A stretch of 48,408 nt of DNA. It comes from a virus (lineage: Duplodnaviria > Heunggongvirae > Uroviricota > Caudoviricetes). Each line of letters starts with the position of its first letter. The stretch's first letter is position 1. The stretch lies in the IMG/VR virus record IMGVR_UViG_2740892271_000012; one strand, given 5' to 3'. Below, piece by piece: positions 29,198-40,001 of this stretch. The notes under the pieces were generated by a model. That model saw only the letters and a list, made by a program, of their open reading frames with translations. It made no database searches and had not been told where the DNA came from. The translations under genes and the position numbers were made by a program.

Positions 29198-29962
29198 ATG
29201 AAACTGAAAACGGTCGAGATTAACGGAAAACAATACGCAGAAATTGATACTGCTGGCCTGCCAGTTTATGTGCACGACGATGGTAAAGAAATTGGCTTCG
29301 ATGCACCGCTGGCGACAAAAAAAATTACAGAGCTTAATGGCGAGGCAAAAAATCATCGCCTGGCTAAAGAAGCTGCAGAGGAAAAACTGGCTAAGTTTGC
29401 CGCTATCGAAGACCCGAAGAAGGCGATCGAGGCACTGGAAATGCTGTCAAAAATCGACCAGAAAAAGCTGCTCGATGCGGGACAGGTTGACCAGGTTAAG
29501 GCAGAAATTACGAAAAATTTTCAGCAGCAATTAGATGAAGAAAAGCAACGCTCTCAGATGCTGGAGAAGCAGCTTTACGATTCTATGATTGGCGGTAGTT
29601 TTGCGGGTTCAAAATATATTGCCGATAAAATTGCGATCCCGGCAGATTTATTACAAGCCCGCTTCGGGCAGGCATTCAAAGTGGAAGAAGGGAGGATCGT
29701 TGCTTATGACGCTTCCGGCAACAAAATTTATTCCCGCGCGAAGCCTGGCGAACTGGCGCAGTTTGATGAGGCGCTGGAGTTCCTTGTCGAAAATTACCCT
29801 CAGAAAGACTACATCCTGAAAGCCAGTGGCAACAATGGCGGCGGCTCCCGTCCGACACAGCATGATATTGGTCAGAAAACGATGAAACGCTCTGCTTTTG
29901 ATGCACTGGATGTTGCAGGTAAGCAAAACGCATTGAAAGACGGTATCACAATCGTTGATTAA
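29198..29962 (+). CDS. Scaffolding protein (putative)
   Basis: ORF 29126-29962; ATG at 29198 gives MKLKTVEINGKQYAEID...; helical, charged, between MuF-like and capsid genes. Confidence 0.55.
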   Translation: MKLKTVEINGKQYAEIDTAGLPVYVHDDGKEIGFDAPLATKKITELNGEAKNHRLAKEAAEEKLAKFAAIEDPKKAIEALEMLSKIDQKKLLDAGQVDQVKAEITKNFQQQLDEEKQRSQMLEKQLYDSMIGGSFAGSKYIADKIAIPADLLQARFGQAFKVEEGRIVAYDASGNKIYSRAKPGELAQFDEALEFLVENYPQKDYILKASGNNGGGSRPTQHDIGQKTMKRSAFDALDVAGKQNALKDGITIVD

Positions 29963-30060
29963 CACATTTGTCAGCTTCCGGATGGGAGCTGGTGTCAGGG
30001 CTGGATAGCTCATTACTCCATCTATTCACAATTACGCAAATTTTTAAGGAATATTTAATT

Positions 30061-31200
30061 ATGGCTGGAAATACCCTGACCGGGTTGATCCCGACTATTT
30101 ATACCGCCCTGGATGTTGTATCCCGTGAGCAGGTAGGTTTTATCCCTGCGGTAGCAAAAAACGCAAAAGCTGACGCCGCAGCAAAAGATCAGACGGTAAC
30201 CGCGCCAGTTGCGCCTGAGGCGAAAACCGAAGATATCGTACCGGGGCCGTCAGCTCCGAATACCGGTGATCAAAATATTGGCACTGTTGATGTAAAAATT
30301 ACTAAATCCAAAATGGCACCGGTTAAATGGAATGGTGAAGAACAACTGGCTCTTGGCCCTTCAGGGACTTACAACACCATTCTGGCTGATCAGTTCAAGC
30401 AGGCTTTTCGCGCCCTTGCAAACGAGGTTGAGGCTGATCTTGGTGCGTTGTATTTCGGTGCTTCCCGCGCCGTGGGAACCGCAGGGACAACGCCGTTTGG
30501 TGTTAAAGATGATCTTTCTGATGCTGCTCTGGCTCGTCAGGTTCTGGAGGATAACGGCGCACCGACAACCGATCTGCAGATGGTGCTTGGCTCCACTGCC
30601 ATTGCTAATTTGCGCGGAAAACAGTCTGTATTGTTTAAAGTGAATGAATCCGGCACTGAACAGCTACTGCGTGAGGGCGTGTTGGGGCGTCTGGAGGGAT
30701 TCAATATTCACAGTTCGGCAGGTGTGAAACGAGCGCCAAAGGTTGCTGCAACTGGTTATCTCGTGAATGGAGAGAAAAAAGAAGGCGATGTTCTTATTTC
30801 CATTGATACTGGTTCGGGGAGTATTTCTGCAGGTCAGATTGTTACGTTCGCTGGTGATCCGAATCAGTATGTTGTGGCAGCAGCGACCAGCAATCTGATT
30901 ACTCTTGCAGCGCCCGGACTGCGTCAGGATCTGGCCGATGATACTGCCATCACAGTTGTTGGGGCCTTTACTGCAAATATGGCGTTTGATCGCAACGCGT
31001 TTCTGCTGGCATCCCGTACTCCGGCAATGCCGGAAGGTGGCGATAATGCTGATGATGTAATGAATGTTACGGACCCGATTTCAGGGATTACGTTCCAGAT
31101 TGCACTGTATCGTCAGTATCGCCAGGTGCGCTATGAAGTTGGACTGGCATGGGGTGTTTCATCAGTGAAGCCGGCACATGGTTGTCTGATTCTTGGTTAA
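30061..31200 (+). CDS. Major capsid protein (putative)
   Basis: ORF 29968-31200; ATG at 30061 gives MAGNTLTGLIPTIYTALDVVSREQVGF...; followed by a strong terminator. Confidence 0.65.
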   Translation: MAGNTLTGLIPTIYTALDVVSREQVGFIPAVAKNAKADAAAKDQTVTAPVAPEAKTEDIVPGPSAPNTGDQNIGTVDVKITKSKMAPVKWNGEEQLALGPSGTYNTILADQFKQAFRALANEVEADLGALYFGASRAVGTAGTTPFGVKDDLSDAALARQVLEDNGAPTTDLQMVLGSTAIANLRGKQSVLFKVNESGTEQLLREGVLGRLEGFNIHSSAGVKRAPKVAATGYLVNGEKKEGDVLISIDTGSGSISAGQIVTFAGDPNQYVVAAATSNLITLAAPGLRQDLADDTAITVVGAFTANMAFDRNAFLLASRTPAMPEGGDNADDVMNVTDPISGITFQIALYRQYRQVRYEVGLAWGVSSVKPAHGCLILG

Positions 31201-31210
31201 ACATTCAAAC

Positions 31211-31230
31211 GGGGCTTCGGCCCCATTTTT
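31211..31230 (+). terminator. Rho-independent terminator after the capsid gene
   Basis: Seen in sequence: ggggc ttcg gcccc attttt. Confidence 0.5.
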
Positions 31231-31242
31231 AATGGGGGGCAT

Positions 31243-31419
31243 ATGGCCGGATTAACTAAAGAGCAAAGAGCACAGCGTGAAGCCGCACAAAAAACGCAAA
31301 TTGAGTTAGTGGTTATGGTGACCGATTATCAGATGTTTCCCGGCGCACCAACTATCGCTAATGTTCATCCTGATGAAGTTGACAACTGGAAGGCTATGGG
31401 CTGGAAAACTCAGGAGTAA
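31243..31419 (+). CDS. Small hypothetical protein (58 aa)
   Basis: Hand translation MAGLTKEQRAQREAAQKTQIELVVMVTDYQMFPGAPTIANVHPDEVDNWKAMGWKTQE; G-rich SD-like run upstream; below ORF-track cutoff. Confidence 0.3.
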   Translation: MAGLTKEQRAQREAAQKTQIELVVMVTDYQMFPGAPTIANVHPDEVDNWKAMGWKTQE

Positions 31420-31422
31420 CAC

Positions 31423-31818
31423 ATGATCACTTACGTGACCTGTGATGACGTTGATAATGCGTTTGGGAACGCCTGGACGAGTGAGAACGCTAAAAATAAA
31501 GCTGTTTTAATGGCTAATGCCTGGCTTAATGGCTTCAACCTGAAAATTAACCCATCCCGTATTCCGGAAGAGGTAAAACTTGCGGGAGCATATGCAGCCA
31601 GAATTGCCTCATTCGGTAAGTTGTTTCAGCAGAAAAATGATTCTGGCGTTGTTATCAGTAAAGCCGTGTCGGCTGACGGGGTCAGTGTATCGAAATCATT
31701 TTCTGAGTTGCCAGCAAACAGCACTGCATTGCTTGAACCCGATTTACAGCTTGCGATAGCACTGCTGAAACCGTACGGACTTAGTCGCTCACAAGTCAGG
31801 GTTGTGAGGGGGGGATAA
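31423..31818 (+). CDS. Head-tail joining protein (putative)
   Basis: ORF track 131 aa; position after capsid, coupled to following genes. Confidence 0.45.
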   Translation: MITYVTCDDVDNAFGNAWTSENAKNKAVLMANAWLNGFNLKINPSRIPEEVKLAGAYAARIASFGKLFQQKNDSGVVISKAVSADGVSVSKSFSELPANSTALLEPDLQLAIALLKPYGLSRSQVRVVRGG

Positions 31819-32201
31819 TGGGGCTTCGTGAAGAGATTCAGTCAGAGGTTGCCGCTGCTTTTGATGAGGATTTAGCGGACGCCGTGAGTGATTTTTCTGG
31901 TTCTTACGTTACGCACCGGCACTGGGATCCTGTGACGGAAACTGGCGGCGAATCAACCGCAATCTATACCGGGCGAGGCGTGTTGACACGTTATAAGCTG
32001 GGCAGAATTGATGGGATTAATATTTTGCATGGTGACCTTAAATTAACCGCTCTGGTATGCGAGGTTACGGATAAACCAGCTGTCGACCATATTATTGAGA
32101 TTTATGATCCTGTATCAAGGCAGTTACAACGATACGAGGTAATTACAGCAAGTGTAGATCCTTCCGCATCAGTTTACTCTATCCAGTTAAGGAGAGCGTA
32201 A
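31818..32201 (+). CDS. Head-tail joining / head closure protein (putative)
   Basis: ORF track 127 aa; overlapping start with previous stop. Confidence 0.4.
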   Translation: MGLREEIQSEVAAAFDEDLADAVSDFSGSYVTHRHWDPVTETGGESTAIYTGRGVLTRYKLGRIDGINILHGDLKLTALVCEVTDKPAVDHIIEIYDPVSRQLQRYEVITASVDPSASVYSIQLRRA

Positions 32202-32582
32202 ATGGCAAAGGCATGGGATATAGAACCGTCAATATTTGCCGGGATGATTGAGGAAGATGTAGGGCTGAAGATTCGCTACATCGCTATGCAGATTCTTACT
32301 GCTATTGATATTGCTGCTCCGGTTGATACCGGACGTTTCAGAAATAACAACCTGGTGTCGTTACAGCATCCCGATTTTGGTATATCTGATAACGTGGATC
32401 CGAACGGTACGATTGCTGTTCAGCGTGGGATCGGGGTTATTTCGAAAGCTGCAAATTACGGGGTTATTTATATCCAGAATAACCTTCCTTATGCAGAGGC
32501 TCTTGAAAACGGTCATTCACAACAAGCGCCAACTGGCGTGTATGCCAACGCTTTTCATGGTGTTTTACAGGCTTACAAATGA
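32202..32582 (+). CDS. Tail completion protein (putative)
   Basis: ORF track 126 aa; tightly packed structural operon. Confidence 0.4.
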   Translation: MAKAWDIEPSIFAGMIEEDVGLKIRYIAMQILTAIDIAAPVDTGRFRNNNLVSLQHPDFGISDNVDPNGTIAVQRGIGVISKAANYGVIYIQNNLPYAEALENGHSQQAPTGVYANAFHGVLQAYK

Positions 32583-32971
32583 AGTTTACTGAAATCAGAA
32601 ATACGGTTATTTCCAGAATGACGGCACAGACGATTATTGATGGAAAAGACGTATTGTATCCGAACGGGCCAACGTTCGATCCTTCCGGTAAGTTAATCTG
32701 GGCGCGGTTAAGTAATATTCCCGGGCAGGCTGGAGTTAATGAAATTGGCGCGGGGCCGGTTGTTTATCGCACGGGGATAATCATTATTCAGTTATTTGTC
32801 CCCGCAGGTTCTGGTTCAAAACTCATTACTGAGACAGCCGATAAATTGCGGGAACTGTTTGAGTTTCAGGATGACGATCGTCTCAGTTACCAGGCTGTTT
32901 CCTCAATAGCCGTTGGCGAAAAGAATGGCTGGTTCCAGCTTAATCTTCAAATTCCATATCGCGCGCTCTAG
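32579..32971 (+). CDS. Tail terminator / minor tail protein (putative)
   Basis: ORF track 130 aa; overlapping start; precedes major tail gene. Confidence 0.4.
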   Translation: MKFTEIRNTVISRMTAQTIIDGKDVLYPNGPTFDPSGKLIWARLSNIPGQAGVNEIGAGPVVYRTGIIIIQLFVPAGSGSKLITETADKLRELFEFQDDDRLSYQAVSSIAVGEKNGWFQLNLQIPYRAL

Positions 32972-32997
32972 CGCAATTAATGACATAGGAGGCTCCT

Positions 32998-33960
32998 GTG
33001 AGTTCAGGTGCAAAGGTTATCTCGGCATTTATCCGGGAGACGGTTGCAGGCACTACGCCAGCAAGTGGTGACTGGAGTTTATTAAAACGCACAAGCTGGG
33101 GAGTAAAACCCACCCAGAATAAAGGCGAAAATAATGAGATTGGTGGCTCCCGGATGGCTCAGGGGGCGACGCCTGGCACTGTGGATGTCGGCGGTGATGT
33201 TGGTACCAAATTTCGCTGGGGTCAACATGATGATTTTCTTGCATCCTGTTTCGGCGCGGAATGGTCAGGCGATTCTCTGACAATGGGGAATGAGCGAATA
33301 ACATTTTCTCTGGCGACCTATGCGTCCGATGTCGGAATTGCCTCTGTCGTCAGAGGAGCGCAGGTTGGCTCATGGAAAATGCAGATCCCTAACGACGGCG
33401 ATATTACAGCGACCGTAACCTTTGCCGGACTGGACTGGGAATCAAAGGCCGATGATACGAATTTTATCAAAGGCGAACCTGTGGATAGTGCAGGAAAGCT
33501 ACGTTATTCGTTTAAGGAGGTTTCAGCAGTAAGCCTGAATGGTGTTGCCGGAGGTAACGGTTTTTGTATCGACAGTTTTGATATTCAGTTCGATAACAAA
33601 CTCCAGACACAGCGTTGTATCGGGACTGGCTCGCCTTATGCAGGAGCAAATATTCCGACTACTTTTACACCGTCCGGTACGGTGACGCTTTCATGGTCTA
33701 AAGCCGCGTGGGAAATCTGGAGTAAAACACTGACTGGAGAAACAGTTCCGTTCAGCTTCACGCTTTCGAATGGAGAGGGGGCATACACTTTCAGTTTCCC
33801 GAAGGTTCAGGTGTCAGGTGAATGGCCTGATGGGGGTAATAGCGACATTATCCAGGTTCAATTGAGCATTACCGCAGCAGATGAAGCACCTACGATAACC
33901 AGAAAAAAAAATTCCCCGGCTGCCGTGATCGCAAAAGCCAGTGCTGAGGCGATTAGTTGA
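32998..33960 (+). CDS. Major tail tube protein (putative)
   Basis: ORF track 320 aa, Gly/Thr/Ser-rich; lies immediately upstream of the chaperone frameshift pair. Confidence 0.55.
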   Translation: MSSGAKVISAFIRETVAGTTPASGDWSLLKRTSWGVKPTQNKGENNEIGGSRMAQGATPGTVDVGGDVGTKFRWGQHDDFLASCFGAEWSGDSLTMGNERITFSLATYASDVGIASVVRGAQVGSWKMQIPNDGDITATVTFAGLDWESKADDTNFIKGEPVDSAGKLRYSFKEVSAVSLNGVAGGNGFCIDSFDIQFDNKLQTQRCIGTGSPYAGANIPTTFTPSGTVTLSWSKAAWEIWSKTLTGETVPFSFTLSNGEGAYTFSFPKVQVSGEWPDGGNSDIIQVQLSITAADEAPTITRKKNSPAAVIAKASAEAIS

Positions 33961-34008
33961 TTTTCCGTTATTCCTCCTGTGGTACTGCCCTACAGGGGGA
34001 CGCATTGA

Positions 34009-34470
34009 ATGAGGTTATGGATGTTTATTCTTAATCAGAAAATTATCATTGGTGGAGAACGCTGGTTTACGCCAATGAAGGACTTAAAACCTGTAGACGG
34101 GTTAAAACTGTTGGTGGCAAGCAGCGATAACGATCAGTATCGCTCCCGTAATGCATTAATCCGTCGCCACATTGAGAAAATGGATGCCAGTTTGCACGTC
34201 GGAACGAAGGAGTTTGATATTTCAAAGGTTTCCGAGGTGGATTCTGTTGATGATTTACTCATTGATAATGCCGCTCGTTATCTGCTGAAAGACTGGAAAG
34301 GGGTTGGTGAACTGGTTAATGGTGTTGAGGTTGCACTGGAATATACGGCAGAACGAGGGATCGCGCTGCTTAAGCAGAATCCAGAGTTGTACTGGCAGAT
34401 CCTTGCAGAAGCAGCCAGCATCGCCCAGGGTAAAGAGCAGCAGAAGCAGGATACGATAAAAAAGCCATAG
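34009..34470 (+). CDS. Tail assembly chaperone (lambda G-position)
   Basis: ORF track 153 aa ending ...QQKQDTIKKP; slippery A AAA AAG at 34458-34464 near the 3' end. Confidence 0.6.
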   Translation: MRLWMFILNQKIIIGGERWFTPMKDLKPVDGLKLLVASSDNDQYRSRNALIRRHIEKMDASLHVGTKEFDISKVSEVDSVDDLLIDNAARYLLKDWKGVGELVNGVEVALEYTAERGIALLKQNPELYWQILAEAASIAQGKEQQKQDTIKKP

Positions 34471-34778
34471 CTGCCCAGCGGTGGTTATCGGAGTTCGGGG
34501 GAGAAAGGGGGGAAAAGGCAAGATGGAAGCGAGAAAAACTCAGGTTGCCACCGATACCGGAACCAGAAATAGACCCGGTGCTTAAGGAGTTGTTGTACGC
34601 CTATTCGGTAATATCCCGTGCCCGACGTTATGCTGGAATGGCTGGGGTGCCTTTGCCTTTATCTCTGACAGAGATAAATGAATATTTAGCCACTCATCCG
34701 GTATTGATTGAGCGCGATGAATTTGAAGCAGTGATCTTTGCACTGGATGACCAGTATTTTCAGGAGCAGTGTGTGTAG
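34009..34778 (+). CDS. Tail assembly chaperone -1 frameshift fusion product (lambda G-T-like)
   Basis: The -1 frame from 34464 is open to the stop at 34776-34778 and contains ORF 34545-34778. Confidence 0.5.
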
Positions 34779-34898
34779 TTGTTAATTACGTACACTCTGT
34801 TACAGAGATGTGATGGTGTCTTTAATTAAATCGATGATGCTCCTGGAGAAAAGCATTGCGTGGCCTCGTAATCGCTATATCTACTATTATGTCGCCTG

Positions 34899-34924
34899 AA
34901 ACCCACTTCGCGGTGGGTTTTTTG
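34899..34924 (+). terminator. Terminator-like hairpin before the tape measure gene
   Basis: Seen in sequence: aaacccac ttcgcg gtgggttt tttt. Confidence 0.4.
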
Positions 34925-34943
34925 TTGTCAGGAGTTTTAATAA

Positions 34944-37900
34944 ATGGCAGAGCAAACCTCGCGTCTCGCAATAATTATTGATAGCACTGGAGCGAAAAAT
35001 AATGCTGACAATCTGACCTCCTCATTAGTCAAAATGACGCAGGCTGGGGAAACTGCTGCAAATAGCGCAGGGAAAGTGACTAAGGCAACAGAAGATGAGA
35101 AGAACGCGCTCGCAAAATTAAAAGCAGCTATTGATCCAGTTGGTGCCGCAATTGATACTGTCGGTCGACGCTATTCTGAATTAAAGAAATTTTTCGATAA
35201 AGGGCTTATTGATAAAGAAGAATATGAATTTCTTGTCCGTAAACTTAATGAAACCACAGAGGAATTGAGCGGGGTTGCGCAAGCGCAGAGAGAAGCCGAG
35301 AAGGCCGGAAAACTTGCTGCCGCCCAGCAGGAAGCGCAGGCTCAGGCCTTTCAAAGAATGCTGGACAAGATCGACCCTCTGGCTGCGGCGCTAAGAAATC
35401 TTGAACAACAGCATGATGAACTTAATGCTGCGTTTGCATCCGGGAAAATAAATGGTTCTCAGTTTGAGAATTATAGCCGAAAAATACAGGAAACACGGCG
35501 AGAGCTTACCGGAGAGGCTCAGGCAGAGCGAGAAGCAGCAAAAGCGCATGATGAACAGGTTGTTGCTTTGCAACGTCTGATTGCTCAACTTGATCCTGTC
35601 GGAACTGCTTTTAATCGTCTGGTAGAACAACAGAAACAGCTCAATGAAGCAAAAGCTAAGGGGATGCTTTCTCCTGAAATGTATGAGGAGCTTTCTGGAA
35701 AACTTCGTGCTATGCGGAGTGAGCTTGAGGTTACTCAATCACAATTAAGCAAAACCGGAATGTCGGCAAAACAAACGGCTTTTGCTATGCGCATGTTGCC
35801 TGTACAAATGACGGATATTGTTGTTGGGTTGTCCACTGGTCAGTCGCCATTTATGGTGTTAATGCAGCAGGGCGGCCAGCTAAAAGATATGTTCGGTGGG
35901 ATTGGCCCGGCGATCAAAGGTGTAGGTTCTTATGTGCTGGGATTAATTAATCCTTTTACCCTGGCCGCAGCAGCCGTTGGGGTCTTAGGACTGGCTTACT
36001 ATAAAGGCTCTCAGGAGCAGGACGAATTTAATAAATCTCTTATTCTTACCGGAAATCAGTTGGGGACAACCAGCGGGCAATTGGGCGATATAGCTCAACG
36101 TGCCGGGAATGCGGCTGATTCGACAACTGGTGCTGCGGCGGCAGTATTAAATCAGCTTGTGCGTTCGGGAAAGGTAGCGAGCAGTTCGCTGGAGCAAGTG
36201 ACGACAGCGATAGTAAAAACGAGCGAAGTAACAGGAATATCAACCGAACAACTGGTTAATGACTTCAATGAAATTGCAAAGGATCCTGTCAGTGCCATAT
36301 CAAAACTTAATGATCAGTACCATTTTCTGACACTTGCGACTTATAACCAGATTAAGGCGCTACAGGATGAAGGGAACCAGCAGGAGGCCGCCCGCATTGC
36401 GACAGAAGAATACTCATCCTCAATGATCCAGCGCACCAACCAGATTAAAGAAAATCTTGGTTATCTTGAGACTGCATGGAAAGCTGTCGCAGACTCCGCA
36501 AAATGGGCATGGGATTCCATGCTGGATATTGGCCGTGAGGCCTCCCTTGATCAAAAAATCTCAGATGTTCTCCGTCAAATTGATGAAATAGAAAAAAATA
36601 CCCGACCCGGAGTTTTCGGGTTAGGTGGCATTGGAGATGGCGGAGCTCAAAATAAAAGGCTGGCACGATTAAAGCAGCAATTGGGCGTACTTCAAGCAGA
36701 AAAAATTGCTCAGGACGTACTAAATTCATCAATAAACGATTACAACAAGCGACAACAGGAAGGAATTGAACTCAGACAGAGAGCAGATGCCTTTTCAAAA
36801 CAATATCAGACCCGGGAGCAGCAGAGAGCTAGTGAACTTGCAAAACTGGAAAAGCTAAAGAATCAGTATTCAAAGGAAGAATATAATAATCTTATCGCTC
36901 AAATAAATGAGCGTTATAAAGATCCAAAGCAACCAAAGGCGAAAGGTTATTCTGATGATGCAGCCCAACGAATGATTGATCATCTGAATCAACAGAATGC
37001 GTTACTAAGTTCACAAGCTGAGTTGACCGTTAAATTAAGTTCCTCTGAACAGGAACTGGTTAAGTGGCGTCAGCGGATTGCCGACCTAGAGTCACGACCA
37101 TCATCGAAATTAACCCAGGATCAGAAATCGCTTCTCTTACACCGGGAAGAAATAACCACGTTGATGGAGAAAAATGTTGCGATTGAAAAAAATAACAGGC
37201 TAATCAAGGAATCCGCCGAAATAACAGCATGGCGTGATTCATTGCAGGCTTCGATTGATAATCGTCAGCAGGGGTATGATATTCAGATTGCTGGTTATGG
37301 GGTTGGCGATAAAAATCAGCAACGCCAGCAGGAATTACTGCGGATTGAACATGGATATAACAATCAGCGTCTGCAACTTGAACGTGACTATGCAGATAAA
37401 TCCCGTGGAATGTCAGATCATGTTTTTCAAGAGAAAATGCAGGCTCTGAATGATGCTCTGGAACGGGAAAAAGAAATTGTCAGACAGAAAAACGAGCAGC
37501 TCGATATTCAGGCAGGAGACTGGGTTAGTGGTGCCTCCCAGGGATTCAATAACTGGCTGGATGACACTAAGGATATCAGTGAGCAGATAAAATCAACCAC
37601 GACTCAGATGTTTGATGGGATGACCGATGCGCTGGGTGATTTTGTCACGACAGGCAAGGCAAATTTTCGTTCTTTCGCTACTTCCGTGATTTCGGATCTT
37701 AGTCGAATAGCATTAAAGGCTTCAATTACTGGGATTTTCGACAGCATTAGTAACAGTTCTTCTGGGGGGATTTTAGGAACTATCGGGAGTGCTATTAGTA
37801 AATTTATTCCGAATGCAAAGGGCGGTGTTTATGAGTCTCCGTCATTGAGCACGTATTCGAACGGTATTTATGATTCCCCGCAATTTTTTGCTTTTGCAAA

Positions 37901-38177
37901 AGGGGCTGGTGTTTTTGGTGAGGCTGGACCGGAAGCCATTATGCCATTAACACGAACTTCCGATGGTTCTCTTGGTGTCAGAGCTATTAATAGTAAAAGT
38001 GGTAATGGAGGCGGAGATATTACCTATGCCCCTGTATACCAAATCACTATTCAAAATGACGGCCAGAATGGAGAGATTGGCCCTCAGGCAATAAAAGCAC
38101 TTATGGGGATGGTTGATCAGCGGGTGCAGGGCAATCTGTTAAATATGCGACGTGATGGGGGAATGTTAAGTGGCTAA
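34944..38177 (+). CDS. Tail tape measure protein (lambda H-like)
   Basis: ORF track 1077 aa, coiled-coil-rich; block [38 protein letters not shown] matches lambda H by recall. Confidence 0.9.
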   Translation: MAEQTSRLAIIIDSTGAKNNADNLTSSLVKMTQAGETAANSAGKVTKATEDEKNALAKLKAAIDPVGAAIDTVGRRYSELKKFFDKGLIDKEEYEFLVRKLNETTEELSGVAQAQREAEKAGKLAAAQQEAQAQAFQRMLDKIDPLAAALRNLEQQHDELNAAFASGKINGSQFENYSRKIQETRRELTGEAQAEREAAKAHDEQVVALQRLIAQLDPVGTAFNRLVEQQKQLNEAKAKGMLSPEMYEELSGKLRAMRSELEVTQSQLSKTGMSAKQTAFAMRMLPVQMTDIVVGLSTGQSPFMVLMQQGGQLKDMFGGIGPAIKGVGSYVLGLINPFTLAAAAVGVLGLAYYKGSQEQDEFNKSLILTGNQLGTTSGQLGDIAQRAGNAADSTTGAAAAVLNQLVRSGKVASSSLEQVTTAIVKTSEVTGISTEQLVNDFNEIAKDPVSAISKLNDQYHFLTLATYNQIKALQDEGNQQEAARIATEEYSSSMIQRTNQIKENLGYLETAWKAVADSAKWAWDSMLDIGREASLDQKISDVLRQIDEIEKNTRPGVFGLGGIGDGGAQNKRLARLKQQLGVLQAEKIAQDVLNSSINDYNKRQQEGIELRQRADAFSKQYQTREQQRASELAKLEKLKNQYSKEEYNNLIAQINERYKDPKQPKAKGYSDDAAQRMIDHLNQQNALLSSQAELTVKLSSSEQELVKWRQRIADLESRPSSKLTQDQKSLLLHREEITTLMEKNVAIEKNNRLIKESAEITAWRDSLQASIDNRQQGYDIQIAGYGVGDKNQQRQQELLRIEHGYNNQRLQLERDYADKSRGMSDHVFQEKMQALNDALEREKEIVRQKNEQLDIQAGDWVSGASQGFNNWLDDTKDISEQIKSTTTQMFDGMTDALGDFVTTGKANFRSFATSVISDLSRIALKASITGIFDSISNSSSGGILGTIGSAISKFIPNAKGGVYESPSLSTYSNGIYDSPQFFAFAKGAGVFGEAGPEAIMPLTRTSDGSLGVRAINSKSGNGGGDITYAPVYQITIQNDGQNGEIGPQAIKALMGMVDQRVQGNLLNMRRDGGMLSG

Positions 38178-38211
38178 TACGGAAGAATTTCACTGGTTAC
38201 CAGAGGATGGA

Positions 38212-38508
38212 ATGAAAACAGAAAATAAACCATCGATAAAAACTGTAAGATTTGGTGATGGTTATGAGCAACGAAGTCCAAATGGACTTAATCATTCTCT
38301 GCGCGTTTTCACCTGTGATTTCAAAGTTGAGGCGAATGAACGTGATTCATTTGAAAAATTTTTAGCCCGGCATGAAGGCTATAAATCTTTTTTTTGGCGC
38401 CCGCCGGGTATTAACAGAAAAATCAGAGTGGTGTGTCGAACGTGGTCAGCGACAGAACATATCACCTATACCGATTTTTCGTGTCAGTTTGACGAAGTGG
38501 TGATCTGA
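38212..38508 (+). CDS. Minor tail protein (lambda M-like)
   Basis: ORF 38170-38508; ATG at 38212 gives MKTENKPSIKTVRFGDGY... comparable to lambda M VRFGDGY. Confidence 0.8.
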   Translation: MKTENKPSIKTVRFGDGYEQRSPNGLNHSLRVFTCDFKVEANERDSFEKFLARHEGYKSFFWRPPGINRKIRVVCRTWSATEHITYTDFSCQFDEVVI

Positions 38509-39206
38509 TGCAGGACATACAACAGGAAACGCTGAATGAATGCATTCGTGCGGAGCAGTCGGCCAGCGTGGTGCTCTGGGAAATCGACCTGACCGAGGTA
38601 GGCGGGGATCGCTACTTTTTCTGCAATGAGCAGAACGAGAAAGGAGAGTCTGTCACCTGGCAGAGTCGGCAGTATCAGGCCTATCCCATTCAGGGGAGTG
38701 GATTTGAGATGAACGGCAAAGGTGCCAGTGCAAGGCCAACGCTGAAAGTCTCTAATCTGCACGGCATGGTCACCGGGATGGCGGAAGACCTGCAGAGTCT
38801 GGTCGGCGGAACGGTGGTCAGGCGTAAGGTTTACGCCCGTTTTCTGGATGCGGTGAACTTCGTCAACGGAAACAGTGACGCCGATCCGGAGCAGGAGGTG
38901 ATCAGCCGCTGGCGTATTGAGCAGTGCAGCGAACTGAGCGCGGTCAGTGCCTCCTTTGTACTGTCCACGCCGACGGAAACGGACGGCGCTGTTTTTCCGG
39001 GGCGCATCATGCTTGCTAATACCTGCACCTGGACCTATCGCGGTGATGAGTGCGGTTATCACGGTCCGGCTGTCGCGGATGAATATGACCAGCCAACGTC
39101 CGATATCACGAAGGATAAATGCAGCAAATGCCTGAGCGGTTGTAAGTTCCGCAATAACGTCGGCAACTTTGGCGGCTTCCTTTCCATTAACAAACTTTCG
39201 CAGTAA
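38508..39206 (+). CDS. Minor tail protein (lambda L-like)
   Basis: ORF track 232 aa MQDIQQETLNECIRAEQSASVVLWEIDLTEVGG...; near-identical to lambda L by recall. Confidence 0.9.
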   Translation: MQDIQQETLNECIRAEQSASVVLWEIDLTEVGGDRYFFCNEQNEKGESVTWQSRQYQAYPIQGSGFEMNGKGASARPTLKVSNLHGMVTGMAEDLQSLVGGTVVRRKVYARFLDAVNFVNGNSDADPEQEVISRWRIEQCSELSAVSASFVLSTPTETDGAVFPGRIMLANTCTWTYRGDECGYHGPAVADEYDQPTSDITKDKCSKCLSGCKFRNNVGNFGGFLSINKLSQ

Positions 39207-39211
39207 ATCCC

Positions 39212-40001
39212 ATGACACAGACAGAATCAGCGATTCTGGCGCACGCCCGGCGATGTGCGCCAGCGGAGTCGTGCGGCTTCGTGGTGAGAACACCGGAGGG
39301 GGAAAGATATTTTCCCTGCGTGAATATTTCCGGTGAGCCGGAGGAGTATTTCCGGATGGCTCCGGAGGACTGGCTGCAGGCAGAGATGCAGGGTGAGATT
39401 GTGGCGCTGGTCCACAGCCNNNNNNNNNNNNNNNNNNNNNNNNNNNNNNNNNNNNNNNNNNNNNNNNNNNNNNNNNNNNNNNNGGCTGAGTGAGGCCGAC
39501 CGGCGGCTGCAGGTGCAGAGTGATTTGTCGTGGTGGCTGGTCTGCCGCGGGGCGATTCACAAGTTCCGCTGTGTGCCGCATCTCACCGGGCGGCGCTTTG
39601 AGCACGGGGTGACGGACTGTTACACGCTGTTCCGGGACGCTTACCATCTGGCGGGAATTGAGATGCCAGATTTTCATCGTGAGGACGACTGGTGGCGTAA
39701 TGGTCAGAATCTCTATCTGGATAATCTGGAGGCTACAGGGCTGTATCAGGTGCCGTTGTCAACGGCGCAGCCGGGCGATGTGCTGCTGTGCTGTTTTGGT
39801 TCATCGGTGCCGAATCATGCCGCCATTTACTGTGGTGACGGCGAGCTGCTGCACCATATTCCTGAACAACTGAGTAAACGAGAGAGGTACACCGACAAAT
39901 GGCAGCGACGCACACACTCCCTCTGGCGTCACCGGGCATGGCACGCATCTGCCTTTACGGGGATTTGCAGCGATTTGGCCGCCGCATCGACCTTCGTGTG
40001 A
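39212..40001 (+). CDS. Tail assembly protein (lambda K-like; JAB/MPN plus NlpC/P60 regions); interrupted by 64-nt N-run
   Basis: N-terminal MTQTESAILAHARRCAPAESCGFVV...; after the gap a C-terminal Cys/His region (VLLCCFGSSVPNHAAIYCGDGELLHH); frame across the gap is inferred. Confidence 0.75.
39420..39483. other. N-run, 64 nt, inside the K-like gene
   Basis: Literal n characters. Confidence 1.
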
